Below are positions 1 to 14,438 of a stretch of 64,000 nucleotides of DNA, in pieces; position 1 is the stretch's first letter, and the number at the start of each line of letters is the position of its first letter. This stretch comes from Octopus bimaculoides. Taxonomy: Eukaryota. The stretch lies in assembly GCF_001194135.2 (NCBI RefSeq), contig NC_068986.1, positions 91,044,813-91,108,812 of the forward strand, written 5' to 3'. A model generated the notes under the pieces. That model did no database searches and was not told the DNA's origin. It worked only from the letters and a program-made list of their open reading frames with translations. A program made the translations under genes and the position numbers.

Positions 1-100
1 AGGAGTGCCAGGCAGATTTAGGATAAAGTTTTGTATGAGTGATGGGGAAAATATAGAATAAGATATTGATCAATTGATATTGATGGTGGTGAGTAAATAT

Positions 101-151
<51 letters not shown>

Positions 152-1584
152 TGTAGTAAGATAAATATTTACTTATTTTCTTTATGTAGTATGTTCAAGT
201 TTCATTCTTTCCATTCATTAATTTCACATAAATATTAGTCATAGACCTAATTAATTTCTAATTAATTGTAATTAATTGTAGAGAATTCTTAGTGGATAAA
301 CTACCTTGATTCAAATTAAGAAGTTTCCTAAGAGTTCTATGAGTATGTAATTACAGCATAAACCATATGAGCTCGCTAATCCAATATCTTTCCCGATAGA
401 GTAATCTGCAGGTATTTTCACTGCTTCATTAAGACAGGATTGTATATACGTACTCACTTTGCCCCGCTTGTTCATTCCGCTCACTTTCTATTTAATCCCT
501 TTTGACCACTGTGTATGTGTGTGAGTGTGTGTTGGGTTTCTTTCTATTTCTGTCTCCAAATTTAATATATACATTGTGCAATATTTGCATGACTTCTTTA
601 TAAACACCATTCTTAGTCAAGGTTTTATTTTCATCATTATGATATTCTTTCTGGCTAATTTGAAGGTGACTTGGCTGTTATTTCTAACAAGTTAAATGAT
701 CTCATAAAAGCTCTCAAATTTATAAATATATGTGCATATATAAGTAATATTTGCAGCAAATGATGAATGTCAAAATGAAGTTTTTTTTTTAATGATAATT
801 TTGCCAACATCATTAATGTAACATTTCAGGAAAATATCTTAACAAGGACTTTCACATACATAAATAAAGTGGTAAATGATAAGTTTCAGTGAGTTATTTG
901 TATTCCCAAAAAGGAATGTTTCCATAGCTTTTTTTAAATTTCACAATTGTTGTATACAAGCAAATATCTAAGTGGAAAATAATATATTTACCATACAAAC
1001 AGCAGAACCCACTGTTTTACTGACTGAAGATTTTTGTAATAAAGCTTACACACCTTAAAAATAATTAGCTTCAAGTAGTAGCAGGAACTACATTCAATGA
1101 ATCAAAATAGGTTTACAGCAGAATTGACTATTTTAGTAAGTCTGTTGCTATTTTCATTACTTTTCCCTTTCTTCTTTTAGTCTCTTACCTTTATCATTTT
1201 CCTTTTGTGACACAGTCTATTGTTGTATTTAAGAGCAAAATGTTCATAGCCATTTATTTATTTATTATTATAATTTTATTTATTTATTTACTTCTTTGGT
1301 GGAATGTGAAGGAAAAATAGATTTTGACCAAAAATAAAACACAAACCTTATTGTTTGCTTAAGTTGAATATGTGAAGTCAATGAATAAATTGAATAAAAT
1401 TGCTGTTATTTCATTTCTCCAACTAAATTATTTGAAAATCAACTTGATTTGAGGCTAGTTTGTGCAGATGAATAAATTATAGATTGTCTGATCAATTACA
1501 TATATACTTTGTATGCAAAATTCTAAATAACAATTGAATCATTAGTTGTTTCATCATTTCTTCATATCTTGCTTTTAACCCACA

Positions 1585-1850
1585 CATGCTGCCCATCATG
1601 GTCCTACATTAGTTAAGGTAGATCTTCAGGGAGGCATCCAGTGTCTCCGAGTTGATATATGTACATTGTGTTCAGACAACCAGCTTGAGTATGGCCATGC
1701 ATTGGCACCCATAGCAGCAGGTCACTTATCAGCTATGTCCTGCAAAGCGCAAGCACCTTTCCCTTATAATGTTAGAAACATGGAGATGGGAGATCTCCAT
1801 ACAGATGTTTCTTGGTGGGATGAGTTCTCCAAGATACACTTTCCTCATAT
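1585..1850 (-). mobile_element. RTE-clade LINE 3' ORF fragment (degenerate)
   Basis: Frameshifted minus-strand translation SWRTHPTKKHLYGDLP / IRERCLRFAGH / ISDLLLWVPMHG / DTGCLPEDLP matches the C-terminal pattern of RTE reverse transcriptase ORFs as I recall it. Confidence 0.72.
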
Positions 1851-2039
1851 ATATATAAGCACAGGTGTGTTAGGCACAAACAGAACTGTGCAGTAAGAAG
1901 TTTACTTCCCAACCACATGGTTTTGGGTTTAGTCCACTGCGTGGCACCTTGGGTGTTTTCAACCAAAGCCCAAGGCCAACCAAAGCCCAGGGCCAACCAA
2001 AGCCTTGTGAGTAGATCTGGTAGACAGAAACAAAAAGAA

Positions 2040-2625
2040 GTCCATCATATGTATGTATGTACGTATGTATGTACGTATGTATGTACGTATGTATGTATGT
2101 ATACATGCAGATATGTATGTTTTGTTTTACGTATGTCTTCTCATGCATATACTTCCGTATCTAGACATGCTCATATATACTTAAATGATAAACTTCTCGA
2201 AAGTTTTACAGATTTTTTTCAGTTCCAGTGATGGCTTTGATCTATAGTCTTTGAATTAGCTTTCTCCTTTCTGGTTTTGAGAAGCCTAATTTCTCAAGAT
2301 TGGTATTTGGGCAGTGTGTTACATATCCCAGTGCCCCAATAATTACAGGCATAAGCCTGAACTTGTAATCTGGATAGAGTAACTGTAGATTTCTCAATAG
2401 TTCAGTGTAGGTATTCTCTTCTTCACTGATCTTCAGCTTTATGTTAACATCTGCTGAGCAGCTGATTTCCACAACTGTACACAGTTTCTGTTCTCAATCC
2501 CAAGTCATTATATCAGGTCTGCTGTGTTTACATTTTATTGAGGTTTTCACTTGGACATTCCACCAGTATTCCTTTTTATAATGTGTGGCTATGGATTCTA
2601 CCATATTGTTGGTTTGTATGTATGT
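2040..2625 (-). mobile_element. RLE-clade (R4/Dong/NeSL-like) non-LTR retrotransposon 3' fragment with restriction-like endonuclease
   Basis: WWNVQVKTSIKCKHSRPDIMTWD*EQKLCTVVEISCSADVNI...YTELLRNL...PVIIGALG: PD-(D/E)xK-type RLE motif with in-frame stops. Confidence 0.8.
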
Positions 2626-2630
2626 ATAGA

Positions 2631-2661
<31 letters not shown>

Positions 2662-3241
2662 CACAATGAACATGTAATTACTGCACAAGATTTCTTCAGT
2701 GCTATCAGCCATTCAATTACACTTTTGTCTCTTTGTTCCATCATGCATGTTTGCACTCACTAATATTGATCAGTTATTATTTGGAACAGAATATGGTTGT
2801 TTGTTAATTGAACACAGACTTTAGATTTAGTTGGTTTTTGTTTCCAACTTTTTACAGAAGTAGGTCTAGTCTGAACAGATATCACATGAGGTTATTTGTT
2901 TGATATTAGTAATATGTGACCCAAAATAACCTCAGTTATTACCATTAGTTACCAAGTATGATTACACAGGCATGACTGGGTACTTAAAAAGTTTACAACA
3001 ATGTTCTTCTAGATTCAATTCCACTTAGCAACAACTTGGGTAGTTGACTTCTACTGTAGCCTTGTGTTGAACAATGCCATTGTAATTGTATTTGGTTGAT
3101 GGGACCTGTATAAAAGCCTGTCACATACGCATATAAGTTTGTATATCCTCCTCCTCATCATCATCATCATCATCATCATATGTGTGTGTGTGTCTGTGTG
3201 TGTGTATATGCATGTATGTATGTATGTGTGTATGTGTGTCA

Positions 3242-3480
3242 TTGTTCAGTTTTATTTTAAGATTTCTTGCCAATAGAGAAAGAGCCAGTTTCTAACCTAG
3301 ACTCAAAGCTCCTTTATTGGAATTTCAACATCAGCAGGATATTTTTGTTTCTATGTATGTATGTATGTATGTATGTATGTATGTATGTATGTATATGTGC
3401 AGATTTGTATGTTTTGCTTTATATGTATATTCTCATGCACATAAATGCATATGTAGACATGCTCATAAATATTTAAATGA
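3242..3480 (-). mobile_element. Second copy of the same element's 3' UTR region
   Basis: 3350-3480 aligns with 2050-2190 (cagat.tgtatgtttt...ctcatgca...tagacatgctcata...ttaaatga), including the (TACA)n tract. Confidence 0.55.
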
Positions 3481-4204
3481 CATTTATCTATCTGTCTGTC
3501 TGTCTGTCTATCTGTATGTATGTGTATATGTATAGAAGTATGAATATATGTGTATATATATCATCATCATCATTTTAATGACCACTTTTCCATGTGGACA
3601 AAGGTTAGACAAAGTTTATTGAAGCAGATGTTTTAACAGTTGGATGCCCTTCTTGTCAACCCTTACCTGTTTCCAAGTAAGATAGTGTTTCCTCATGGCC
3701 ACGCATGTTTTTGCAGAGTATTAGAAATGAATGACACTGTTTACCTGATAGTGACACTCATTTACAACCGTCATGCAATATCAAATCAAAAATACACAAA
3801 CGTTCGTGTGTGTATATTTCTGTTTGGTCAGTCTTTGGTCAGTCCAGGGCTGTAGGAAGATATTTGCTCTTACCCAAGGAGCCACAGAACAAGTCTGAAC
3901 CTGAAACCATGTGGTTGGAAAGGAAACTTTTCAATCATACAACCAGTCACTGCAATCCCCACTCCTTATTTGCACCTTCTTGGCAATACCTGACCGCATA
4001 CATTATGACCTTTGCACCTCTTTTTTCTTTACTCTACCATCACACCTATGCTCTGATCCTTGTAACTTGTGAGTATACCGTAGCACTTCACCATCTCTCT
4101 CCTGCTCTCTCTTACACTTTTGCTGTTTCTTACTCTCTCTCTCTCCTTCACTCTTCCCTCTGGCTGGGTAGCCTTATGTCTCCTGTTTCTGCCCTCATTC
4201 TTGA

Positions 4205-4207
<3 letters not shown>

Positions 4208-4257
<50 letters not shown>

Positions 4258-4429
4258 NNNNNNNNNNNNNNNNNNNNNNNNNNNNNNNNNNNNNNNNNNN
4301 NNNNNNNNNNNNNNNNNNNNNNNNNNNNNNNNNNNNNNNNNNNNNNNNNNNNNNNNNNNNNNNNNNNNNNNNNNNNNNNNNNNNNNNNNNNNNNNNNNNN
4401 NNNNNNNNNNNNNNNNNNNNNNNNNNNNN

Positions 4430-4486
<57 letters not shown>
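4208..4486 (+). repeat. (CT)n microsatellite spanning an N gap
   Basis: Direct reading. Confidence 0.95.
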
Positions 4487-4491
<5 letters not shown>

Positions 4492-5635
4492 ACTGGTTAA
4501 CCATACACCTCCTCTATAGCAAGGCACCTATTTCTTCTGCCTTTCTGTCTCTCTGTCACACCCTAACCTGTCATCCTCTGACACAAATTCCCCTCTTCAA
4601 ATGCCCTGCCCCACTCAAAATTCTTTGTCATGTGAGCTACTTGGCAACCCTGCCAGTGCTGGTGCCATGTAAATAACATCCAGTCCACACTGTTAAGTGG
4701 TTGGAATTTGGAAGGGCATCCAGCTGTAAAAATCATGCCAAAACTAATCTCGCCTGTACTAGTGCCACGTAAAGGGCAATGAGGCCACTCTGCTGAATGA
4801 TTGGTATTAGGAAAGGCATCCAGCCATAAAAACCCTGCCAAAACAGACACAGTAGCCTAGGATTGTTTTCTACCTGGCTGGCTCCTGTCAACCATCTTAC
4901 CCATGCATGCATGGAAGGCGGATGTTAAATGATGATGATGATGATATACAGCCCACTCTACAGGCTGGTTGGTGTTAGCCCTCTCTATGGATTGGTTGGT
5001 ATTAGGAAGGGCATCCAACTGTAAAAACCATGCCAAAACAGACACAGAAGCATGGTGCACGACCCTTCCTGGCCAGCTCCTGTCAAACCATCCAACCCAT
5101 ACCAGCATGGAAGGAGGTCGTTAAACAATGGCAATGATATATATATCTTTGCTGTTGTATATAGGTAAAAAATGTTAACATTGATGACAAAACCTGAGAA
5201 ACCAGTGATTTTAAGTAGAAGTATCTTGTGTGGTATTTGTTTGTCTGAGTTGCTCTGACACTCCCTTGTCATTCTCACCATCATAAATATTGCATGATTA
5301 TTCTGCTAGAAACATGTAACTAATGATGCTATTGTTTGGAAATGTGATAAAAATGTAGATCTATAAATAACCCCCACTGTACTATAACATCAATATCCTT
5401 CAATGCAGTGAGACTTTGATGCCTGTAGCAACATGAAGCTCATTGATAGGAGCTCAGTTGATGCAGACAAAGAAAACTGGTGCAAAATGTAGATGACTCC
5501 TCAGCACTAAAGGATTGCTGGCTGTTATTGTTTAACCCCCTAGTCAACCCTGATTCAGTAGGCCTATGATCAACAGTCTGATGAAGCTCTAATCATCCTG
5601 TCTTTATTTAAGATCTAGTGTATCCAAAGCTACAT

Positions 5636-5691
<56 letters not shown>

Positions 5692-8600
5692 TCTTCCATT
5701 TTTCAAATAAAATAGGATTTAGGGGATATTTGGATACTATTTTTAGTGTGTTGAGCAACTTCATAGAGGTTTCCTCACTAGTAGATCTGGTGTTTTCCTC
5801 TTGTTTTATTGTGTGAAGTGAATGATATTTCTTGGATATGTTCTATTGCAGTCATATATCTCAATGATTGGGTGCCTTTTCTTTGTCTGAAGTTGAATTT
5901 ATAACCCAAATACACAAGAATACATCTGCAGTACATGCTGCACTGACTATATACATAATAAAACACCTGCAATGGAACTGAACTAAAGATTTATGAGTTG
6001 CCCATTCAATACCATATTCTCTTGACTAAATTAGCTGTCAGTTGCTCAATGTTTTATTTTGAGAGGAGAGAAAAGAGTAGATGTCCAACATTAGTGTATC
6101 AGTAATTATTGGGCCATCATTGTTACTGATGTATATTCCAATATTTTGTAGAGTAGAAATCCACAGCTGTGTTTAGTAATTACACAGTATACTTCTTTCT
6201 ATATGCCTCAATTTACCTAATGATTTAAGTAAATCTGAGGATACTCTAAGTTAGACCAGCTTATTATCCAGAGGAAAATGTTTTTCACATGAGCTCCTCA
6301 TCACTCCAGCCCATACTATGTGTAACTGATTGAATGTATCTGACTGATACTGAAGTGTACGAAGGAGTGTTGATACACTAAAATATACTAGTACAACTAG
6401 GTACATTGAAGATGTCATAGCTGTCTGTCCTGTGTATTCTGATTGATCTTGCTTTCTTGTAAATCAGTTCACTAATGTAATCTCTGTCTTTTCTTCAGTT
6501 TTTCCCCTGTGGTTGTTTCAGTGGAGTACTTACCTCAAGTTCATTTCTGTTAGGTGATGGCTATCATTTCATCAGTCTTTCCTTAAATGCACTGAATTTT
6601 TTTTTTTTTTTTTTTTTAGTAATTACACAGTAACCTTGATACTATATGCTTCAGTTTATCTAGATTATGAAAGTAAGTGGTACAACATCTGGGAATATTC
6701 TAAGAGAGACCTTCATATCATTTAGGGAAAGATTTTTTATATTTTACTTCAGTTCCTTATCAGATTTAATATACTGACCCATGCTAATGTAACTGACAGG
6801 TAAAGTGTATGAGTAGATGTTTATACCTACACTACAATCTGTTCACTTGACAGACAGCACGATAATAGTAACCTAATTCTCTGTTTAGTGGGAGGTGTGT
6901 GGGTGTGTAGGGGTGCATGAAAAGTCACACACAGCATTAATAAAATACCAACATTGATATTTGATATTTACATTCATATGTGAACATCTGTATCAAATGG
7001 GTGATGTTATAGATAGGCAAATAGGTGAAATAATGGTTCAGTACTGTCACCTTATTAATAATATTTCAAAGATATAAAACAACCAGGGAGCTTGACCTGT
7101 TGGAGATAGCAGCCAGAACGCCCTCATAAAATATGGGTAGAACCTAATGGATAATCCTCACAAAAGTCAGGATGATCACAGTTATAATACCTTTAGGTAT
7201 TCTAGATGTTCTTTCAAGGCTGACTTGTTGGTAAACAATAACAACTTTTTTTCAGCATTTTTTTTTTACTCTATTTATGAGAGTAGGCATGGTTGTGTTG
7301 TTAAGAAGTTTCACTTTGCAACTACATGGTTCCAGGTTTGATCCTGTTGCACAGCACCTTGGACAGATATCTTCTATTATAACTTCTTTGTAAGTGGAAG
7401 CTGGTAGAAGGTAATCGTGAGTCACTTATGTGTGTACAGGTGTATGTAGTGGTGGTGGGGTCTGTTGTATCCATGTGTGTGATTTCCTCATATATAGATT
7501 GGTGAAGACTAAACGGTGGTGAGGAAAAAGAAAACAGTGTTCTTTGAATGAAGTCCTATCCAATATTTTGTTAGTATCAAGTGATAAGCATTCTCTTTTC
7601 ATTTTCACTAACAGAAATGTAATGAACCAATGTTTAACCTACCAAAAACCTATAAGCATTGAATGATACTACTGCCAACCAATTCAAATATGAAATAAGT
7701 TGTAGGCATGACTATAAGCACAGGTGTGGCTCATAGGACCAAGTATACCTAAGTATGACTATGTGGTTGAGGAGTTTATTTCTCAACCATATGGTTTTGG
7801 ATTCAGTCCTACTGTGTAGCACCTTGGGTAAATGTCTACTGCTATAATCCCAGGCCAACGAAAGCTTCGTGAGTGGATTCAGTAGATGAAAACTAAAAGA
7901 AGCCCAATATATATGTATATATGAGTGTGTTGTGTCCCCTTGTCTTGACATAAGATACTAGTTGTGAGTGAGTGGTCACTATCATACATGCAGTGAGATT
8001 CATTTCCAATATTCCATGGAAACCTGTCTGACTATGGGAAAATATTACCTTGCCTGGAAGCAGGTGAGGATTGGAGACAGAAAGGACATTCAACTTGGGA
8101 AAATCTGCTTCAATGAAATTTGTATTACCCATGCAAGCATGGGAATGTGTACATTAAAATGATGATGAAGAAGATGATAATAAACATGAAAGATAATTTT
8201 TTAACTCTATTTTCATTTTTTTTGTGTTTGTGTTTTCATGATGAAACTGTTGCTATTGTTTAGCCTTCTAATTGTGAAAATTTGTGATCAAAGATATTCT
8301 AGCCATGATAACCCTATCCTATCTTACTTACCTGGACTAAATTATTCAATGTATCCTTCCTCTTTTTAAGATAGTAGGGTGTGAGTCGAGGGAGATCTAG
8401 TTGTTATTTCTAGCAAGACAAGCAATCATGTTGAAGGTCACTTATTAAGTTGGTAATATTGGTACATTGGAATAAAATTTATTAAATTCCTCATTGTTAA
8501 TCCCTTATAAATATACTCCCTCCCCACTATAAAAAAATGTGTTACCTTGTACTTGTGATAGAAATCCTCATTACTTATTGTTGTTAATCCCAGATTTGTT

Positions 8601-10078
8601 CTGATCAAGCAAAAATATAATCAAAGTTATTCTAGCCATAGCTATCTTCTTCTCAGACTTAGTATATCTAAGACTACATTATCCAATGTACTGTTACATT
8701 TTTAAGAATTTAGGATGTGATTTTTACATAGATTTGGTTGCAGTTTCCCTCATTATTAGCAGAATCATTATATGAATAAAATACCCTGCAGTATTTGTCC
8801 TTGCACTTTATACCCTGAGTTCAAATCCCTCCAAGGTCAGCTTTGCTTTTCATCCCTTCAAGGTCGATAGAATGAAGTACTAGTCAAATACTGGGTTTGA
8901 TTTAATCTACTAATTCCTCCCCTGAAATTTCTGACATTGTGTCCATGTTAGAAACAATTATTTTATCAAAATTGGTGAATTAACCAAGACAATAGTGTCA
9001 AATAGAATACTTTGCAATATATTATTGGATTTGTACATACTGAGTTCAGACTCTGCTGAGAATAAATTTACTCTCTATCTTTCAGGATCAAAAATAAAGT
9101 ACCAGTTAAGCACCAGGGTTGATATAACTAACTTTACTCCCCTCTAACTTTGAGGCCCAGTCTGTTAGAAATCATTATCGTGTCTAAGACAATGTTGGAG
9201 GTGGCTAAGACACTAGACTGCTGAATTAGATAATTTAGACCAACTTTATATCTCATTGTTCCTTCATGCAATCATTTATCTTCTCGATAGGCCTTATTAT
9301 TTCTGTCTCATTCCAGATTTTGTCTAAAGCATTTTGTCCAGTCCTTCTCCCAGCTGCTTTTCTTGCTTGTGTTATTTCTCTCTGCATGAAGATTAAAAGC
9401 ACTAACATTACTAAGTTATCCATAAGCTAAGTTTGAGACGACTCTGTAATTCCAAAGAAACTGTTCCACAGGTTCCTGGAGTTAGAAGTAAAATAATTGG
9501 GAATGGGAAAAAATTGTTTTAACACTGATGGATCTGAGGTTATTCAACAATATCAAAAATTGTTGTGGCAGCAGCACAGCTCTGTGTGCCATTCAATTGT
9601 TCTGCTTCTGAACAATGGTTTTGGGTTTTTCCTCTGTAAACCCCCTTTCTCCACTCATCCTCAACAAATAACTTTTCCATCAACTTATTAGTATAAAGAG
9701 CAAGGTACATATTATATGGAATAAAATATCAACACACCCAGACTCACTCAAACATACATACATACACAAATACACACAGGCAATTAAATGTAATAACTGG
9801 CTGCTTTTGAATGAGACATTTTATTAAACTTGTAACATAAAATGATAACATTTCATTATAAAATAATACATAATAAAAATGAGGCATTTATCAGAAACTT
9901 TGGAAATGCAGGTGAATGTGTACAATAATTATCTTAAACATAATGAAATAAAACACAAATGGAATTATACAAGTTCAAAAGAATGTAATTTATAATGAAG
10001 AGTTGTGTGTGTGTGTGTGTGTGAATTCATCATCATCATCATCATCTTTTTTAATGTCCCTCTTTAATNNNNNNNNNN

Positions 10079-10120
<42 letters not shown>

Positions 10121-10943
10121 TCATCATCATCATCATCATCATCTTTTTTAATGTCCCTCTTTAATGTCATTTCATTTAAGAGGCAAAAATGACAGAACTA
10201 TTATGAATATATAACACTTACTTTATCTAAATTACTCAAACTATAAAAGGCCTCTACTGGAAAGTTTTCTTTTTAACATTTTCAAAGTTATTTCATGCAT
10301 CTAAATGGTTAGCAATAGGAAAGGACGTGTACTCATAAAAGATTTAAAGAGAGAGAAGAGAGCTTTTAAAAATCAAAATCGAAATGCCACTCATTCACAT
10401 GTAATGTACATATTTCTTGGTATTATTTTAGCAAGAAGTAAATGGATTTTAAAACAAGAAAAATGCCTAATATCTGCTGCTAATAAATTTTTACGCAATT
10501 GCTGTTAGACATATCTTAGACTATTTGTAATGGCATAATACTGTCATTTAAATATACAGTATTTATTTGAGAAAACAATGTTCAAATTTACTTCACTATT
10601 CAAAACCTGGTGAGAGGGATCTGGGACCATTGGAGACTTCTTTACATAGAGCTGTTTAGGCAAAGTTAGTTTGATAGTACCAACTCCACTGCAATTTTAC
10701 TTACAGTGCCAGTTGAACTCAGCACTGTCAGTCGACAAAATACTCGTTATTTATTAGATGTTGCTGATTGCAGCAAATGAGTTTCACTACATTGTAGCCT
10801 GTTTAAATCTACATGGACCAAACTATTGAAAGGAATATTTCTGGTGTAGGATATTGATTGCTGACTCAACAACTGGTAGTCTACGATTCTGTCAACTTAG
10901 CTCTGCTCTTACTCACCCACAATGTAGCATTGATGAAACCATA

Positions 10944-11202
10944 AATAAATAAAATAAATGCACCCTTTTAAAGCCTAGCCAGGCTCATGGGCCCAGTTTC
11001 CCGGTTTCAATGGCGTATGTGTTCCCCAGCTGGACAGGACGCAAGTCCATCGCAGCGTTACTCATTTTTGCCAGCTGAGTGGACTGGAACGTGAAATGAA
11101 GTGTTTTGCTCAAGAACACAACGTGTCACGCGGTCCAGGAATCGAAACCACAATCTTACGATCATGGTGCTGACACTCTAACCACTAGGCCACGCGCCTC
11201 CA
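10944..11202 (-). mobile_element. Young tRNA-derived SINE with 16-bp target-site duplication
   Basis: TSD cattgatgaaaccata at 10928-10943 and 11203-11218; minus-strand A box tggcctagtgg, B box gtttcgattcc, (ATTT)n tail; CpGs retained. Confidence 0.88.
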
Positions 11203-12288
11203 CATTGATGAAACCATAGGTATCATTAATTATCTTGACTCTGATTAGGAGCTTTTTGTTCCTTTTACTGTTTCACATACCTGTATGGCTGCAATAATTA
11301 TTGGAGTAATTGTTTTTACTACTGGATGTCCTTCCTACAGCTGATCTCTCAGTTATATATGGATTCTATTTCTGTCATTTATGTAAAGTAAATGGAAAAA
11401 AGCAGTTATATACCTTGTTATGATGCACAATACAATGACTTTAGTAAGAGCTGAACTTATATAGTCTGTTGTCCAGCACCCTAACTTCCCAGACATTGCT
11501 CTGTATTCAAAATCATATTAATAACACAACCCAGACTAACTTCAATGATATATTTTGCAACTGTTCTTTCAATTCTCTTTCCTTTTTTTGAACTTTTTCT
11601 TTCTCATTGTTATTTTCTCCAGCCTAGAAGGAAATTTTATTATCATATTTAAATTGAACAACCAGTAGAGATGTTAGCAGTTACTATGTTATTACTAGTA
11701 TTGCAGTGTCTGGCTAAGACATTCAATTTGCAAATAGCTTTGTCCAGTTTTGTGAAAACAGGTATGCAGAGTAAGAACAGCATACTGCTGTATACAGTAG
11801 CAACACTGTAAATAGATAAGTGGTTGTTATTGTTGTTTAGCTTCAAGCCTGCCTTTTTACAACAGAATCATGCCCAAAGGTGTTCTATCTATGACTATCT
11901 TTTCTTTTTTCATAAGCATAATGTGTTGTTGCATTTTTTTAAAGATGTTATGGTGTGAATTGAGCGAGATTTAGTCTACTAATTTTAACAGGCTAGCAAG
12001 TACATAGAAGTTACCTTGTTAGCAAGTTTAACTCCTCTCATGAGTGCAGGCCAGAAGTGAATCTCATCTGTCTTATAAGTCAGTAGGATCGATCACACAT
12101 TGCTGGTTAGCTCTTATGTAAAAGCCAAATAATTTGCCTTGCTCCCCTGACAACTGACAGATTAACTGAGGGAAAAGAAAAGTGGTGAAGTAAATAAGCT
12201 GAGTGATGGAAGATAAATATATAAACAAGAAAGGTAATATTATAACTATAAAGTAAGGGTCAAGAAATGATTAATCTGTAATCAGATA

Positions 12289-12319
<31 letters not shown>

Positions 12320-14300
12320 CGTGTTTGCTTGTCTACATGTGTGCTTCTCAAAAAAACATGTCATTCCTCCTGTTAACAAATTATTCACTAGGTTTGTGCT
12401 TTCCAAGATACATGAAATAAAAGATCCTTTATTTGTAAGTGTTATTGACAAGAAGAGTATCTGGCTGTAAAACAATACCTTAACAATATAATTATCTAAC
12501 CCTTGCTAGCATGGAAAAAATTAATATAACAATGAATGGACAAATAAATATAAGTGCTTGGGTTCAGATGTACCAATGAGGTAAAACACAATAGATGTAG
12601 CTGAGTTTATTTATACATTTGTTTCTGGTGGTTCACTCCAATGCCACTCCAATTTTTTTTACATATGTGTGTTTATTCAGGTAACAATATGTATGTGTGT
12701 GTGTGTGCGCACATGTGCACATGTGCATGCTCATGCACACTCACATATAAAATTCTCTTTTGTCCATAAGTCTGGAAAGAATAACTCCCTTTTAGTATGA
12801 GTAATAGAGTGGTTTTATGTATGTATGTATGTATGCATGTATGTTTCATATACTGCTTAGAAACAATGCACATTACCAGAATTTTCTGACTCAAGATGAA
12901 TAGAGCAAACCACTCCAAATCCTTGTTAGGGTATCTATGTAAATGAAGTAAGGACTGGCTAGCTTGTACTGGCATGGAGTAGTATAATACATAATAATGA
13001 AGTCAAACCAAATAATGATATTTTGAACGCATTGAAAACATGCATTTCAGATCATTGTGTAATAGAGAAAAAAAAATGGAATTCATCTCTTACTGAACAC
13101 TCTTCTTCAATTAAGACATTTCAAAATATAAATTCGCTTTTTATACATGGTCTTGGGCAGTTTGCATAAACTTTGTAAGAGATGAATTCCTCTTTTTATC
13201 AATTGTCCAATTGTCTGAAATATATATATTAAATATATTCAAAATATCATTTCTTGGTTTGACTTCATTTTGTATATATCTTCTTTTATTCTTTTACTTA
13301 TTTTAGTCATTAGACTATGGCACCACCTTGAAGAATTTTAGTTGAACAAATCAACCCCAGTACTTATTTTTAAGCCTGGTATTTATTTTATTGNNNNNNN
13401 NNNNNNNNNNNNNNNNNNNNNNNNNNNNNNNNNNNNNNNNNNNNNNNNNNNNNNNNNNNNNNNNNNNNNNNNNNNNNNNNNNNNNNNNNNNNNNNNNNNN
13501 NNNNNNNNNNNNNNNNNNNNNNNNNNNNNNTGGGTCTTTTTGGTCATCCTTCCTCCTCTTTTTCTTTAAAAGGACTTCAATACAAGACAAGTCTGCTTAA
13601 AGAGTTTGGTGCCCTTAATGCAATAAGTTTCGTCTCTTCCATGAATCTGTGAAGGAAGTCACAGCTTCACTCATGATACATCTTCAGATTTTACTTCAGA
13701 AAGTCTCTGTATCACTTCAGTGGTGCTCCAACAGAATGCATATCCCAAGGAAGCTGACTGTAAAAAAATTTCTTTGGGAATGTAATTGTTTTGCATCCAA
13801 ACTATGTGTGTGTGTGTATGTGTGTGTGTGTGTGGGTGTGTGTGTGTGTGTGCTTGTACATGCACTAACATGCATATATATATATTAGTTTAAAAGCCAC
13901 TCTGTCAGGTGGCTTTTAAGCAACTAACTCTGAATGAGATGATCTGCAAACAGATCTCTGACTTGTTTTGGAGAATTTGTTGAAATTGCTTCCTCCAGTG
14001 ACATATCCCAATGATGATCATATTCATCACTAAAACTCATGTAAAAAAAATTGTCAAAAACAATCGCAGTAATGAAAACATAGGAATTCAAAATTTCAGG
14101 ATTACAGGTCCGGATTCGGCCTGGAATATCTTTAGTTTACTCATGGAGTCAGCCTGATTCCAAAACCATATATGTTGGACTGTGGCCTCAAGGAGTAAAG
14201 TTGAAAAAGTGTAACACACTAACGTTCACATTTATTATATTAGATATGTTTAATTTTGGGGAAACTGTATTTCATTTAAAGTGTATTTTATATATGTGCA

Positions 14301-14339
<39 letters not shown>

Positions 14340-14438
14340 ACACACATGTTTGTATTAAAGAAAGCAAAAAATAAAACAAAAATGATAGTAAATTACTATT
14401 TTAAAAAACTCACAACGTGAGATATTCAGCAACAGTAG

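Noticed and set aside
6170-6850. Diverged ~450-bp-period local duplication (similar case at 50258-50790)
   Set aside because: Low identity, no coding or structural signal; ordinary decayed duplication.
9250-9720. Protein-like minus-strand fragments (MQREITQARKAAGRRTG..., MEKLFVEDEWRKG...)
   Set aside because: Short, stop-interrupted and with no recognisable family; possibly an old TE remnant but unsupported.
10006-10163. Apparent direct duplication flanking a 10-N gap
   Set aside because: Identical sequence on both sides of a tiny gap indicates unmerged contig overlap; the same pattern occurs at 40927-41032 and 46696-46815.
11285-11442. Hydrophobic frame MAAIIIGVIVF...LSYIWILFLSFM..KWKKAV resembling a TM hairpin, ending at gtaag
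   Set aside because: Two in-frame stops and no good acceptor; AT-rich DNA yields such peptides by chance. Rescue by stop-codon editing would be unsupported speculation.
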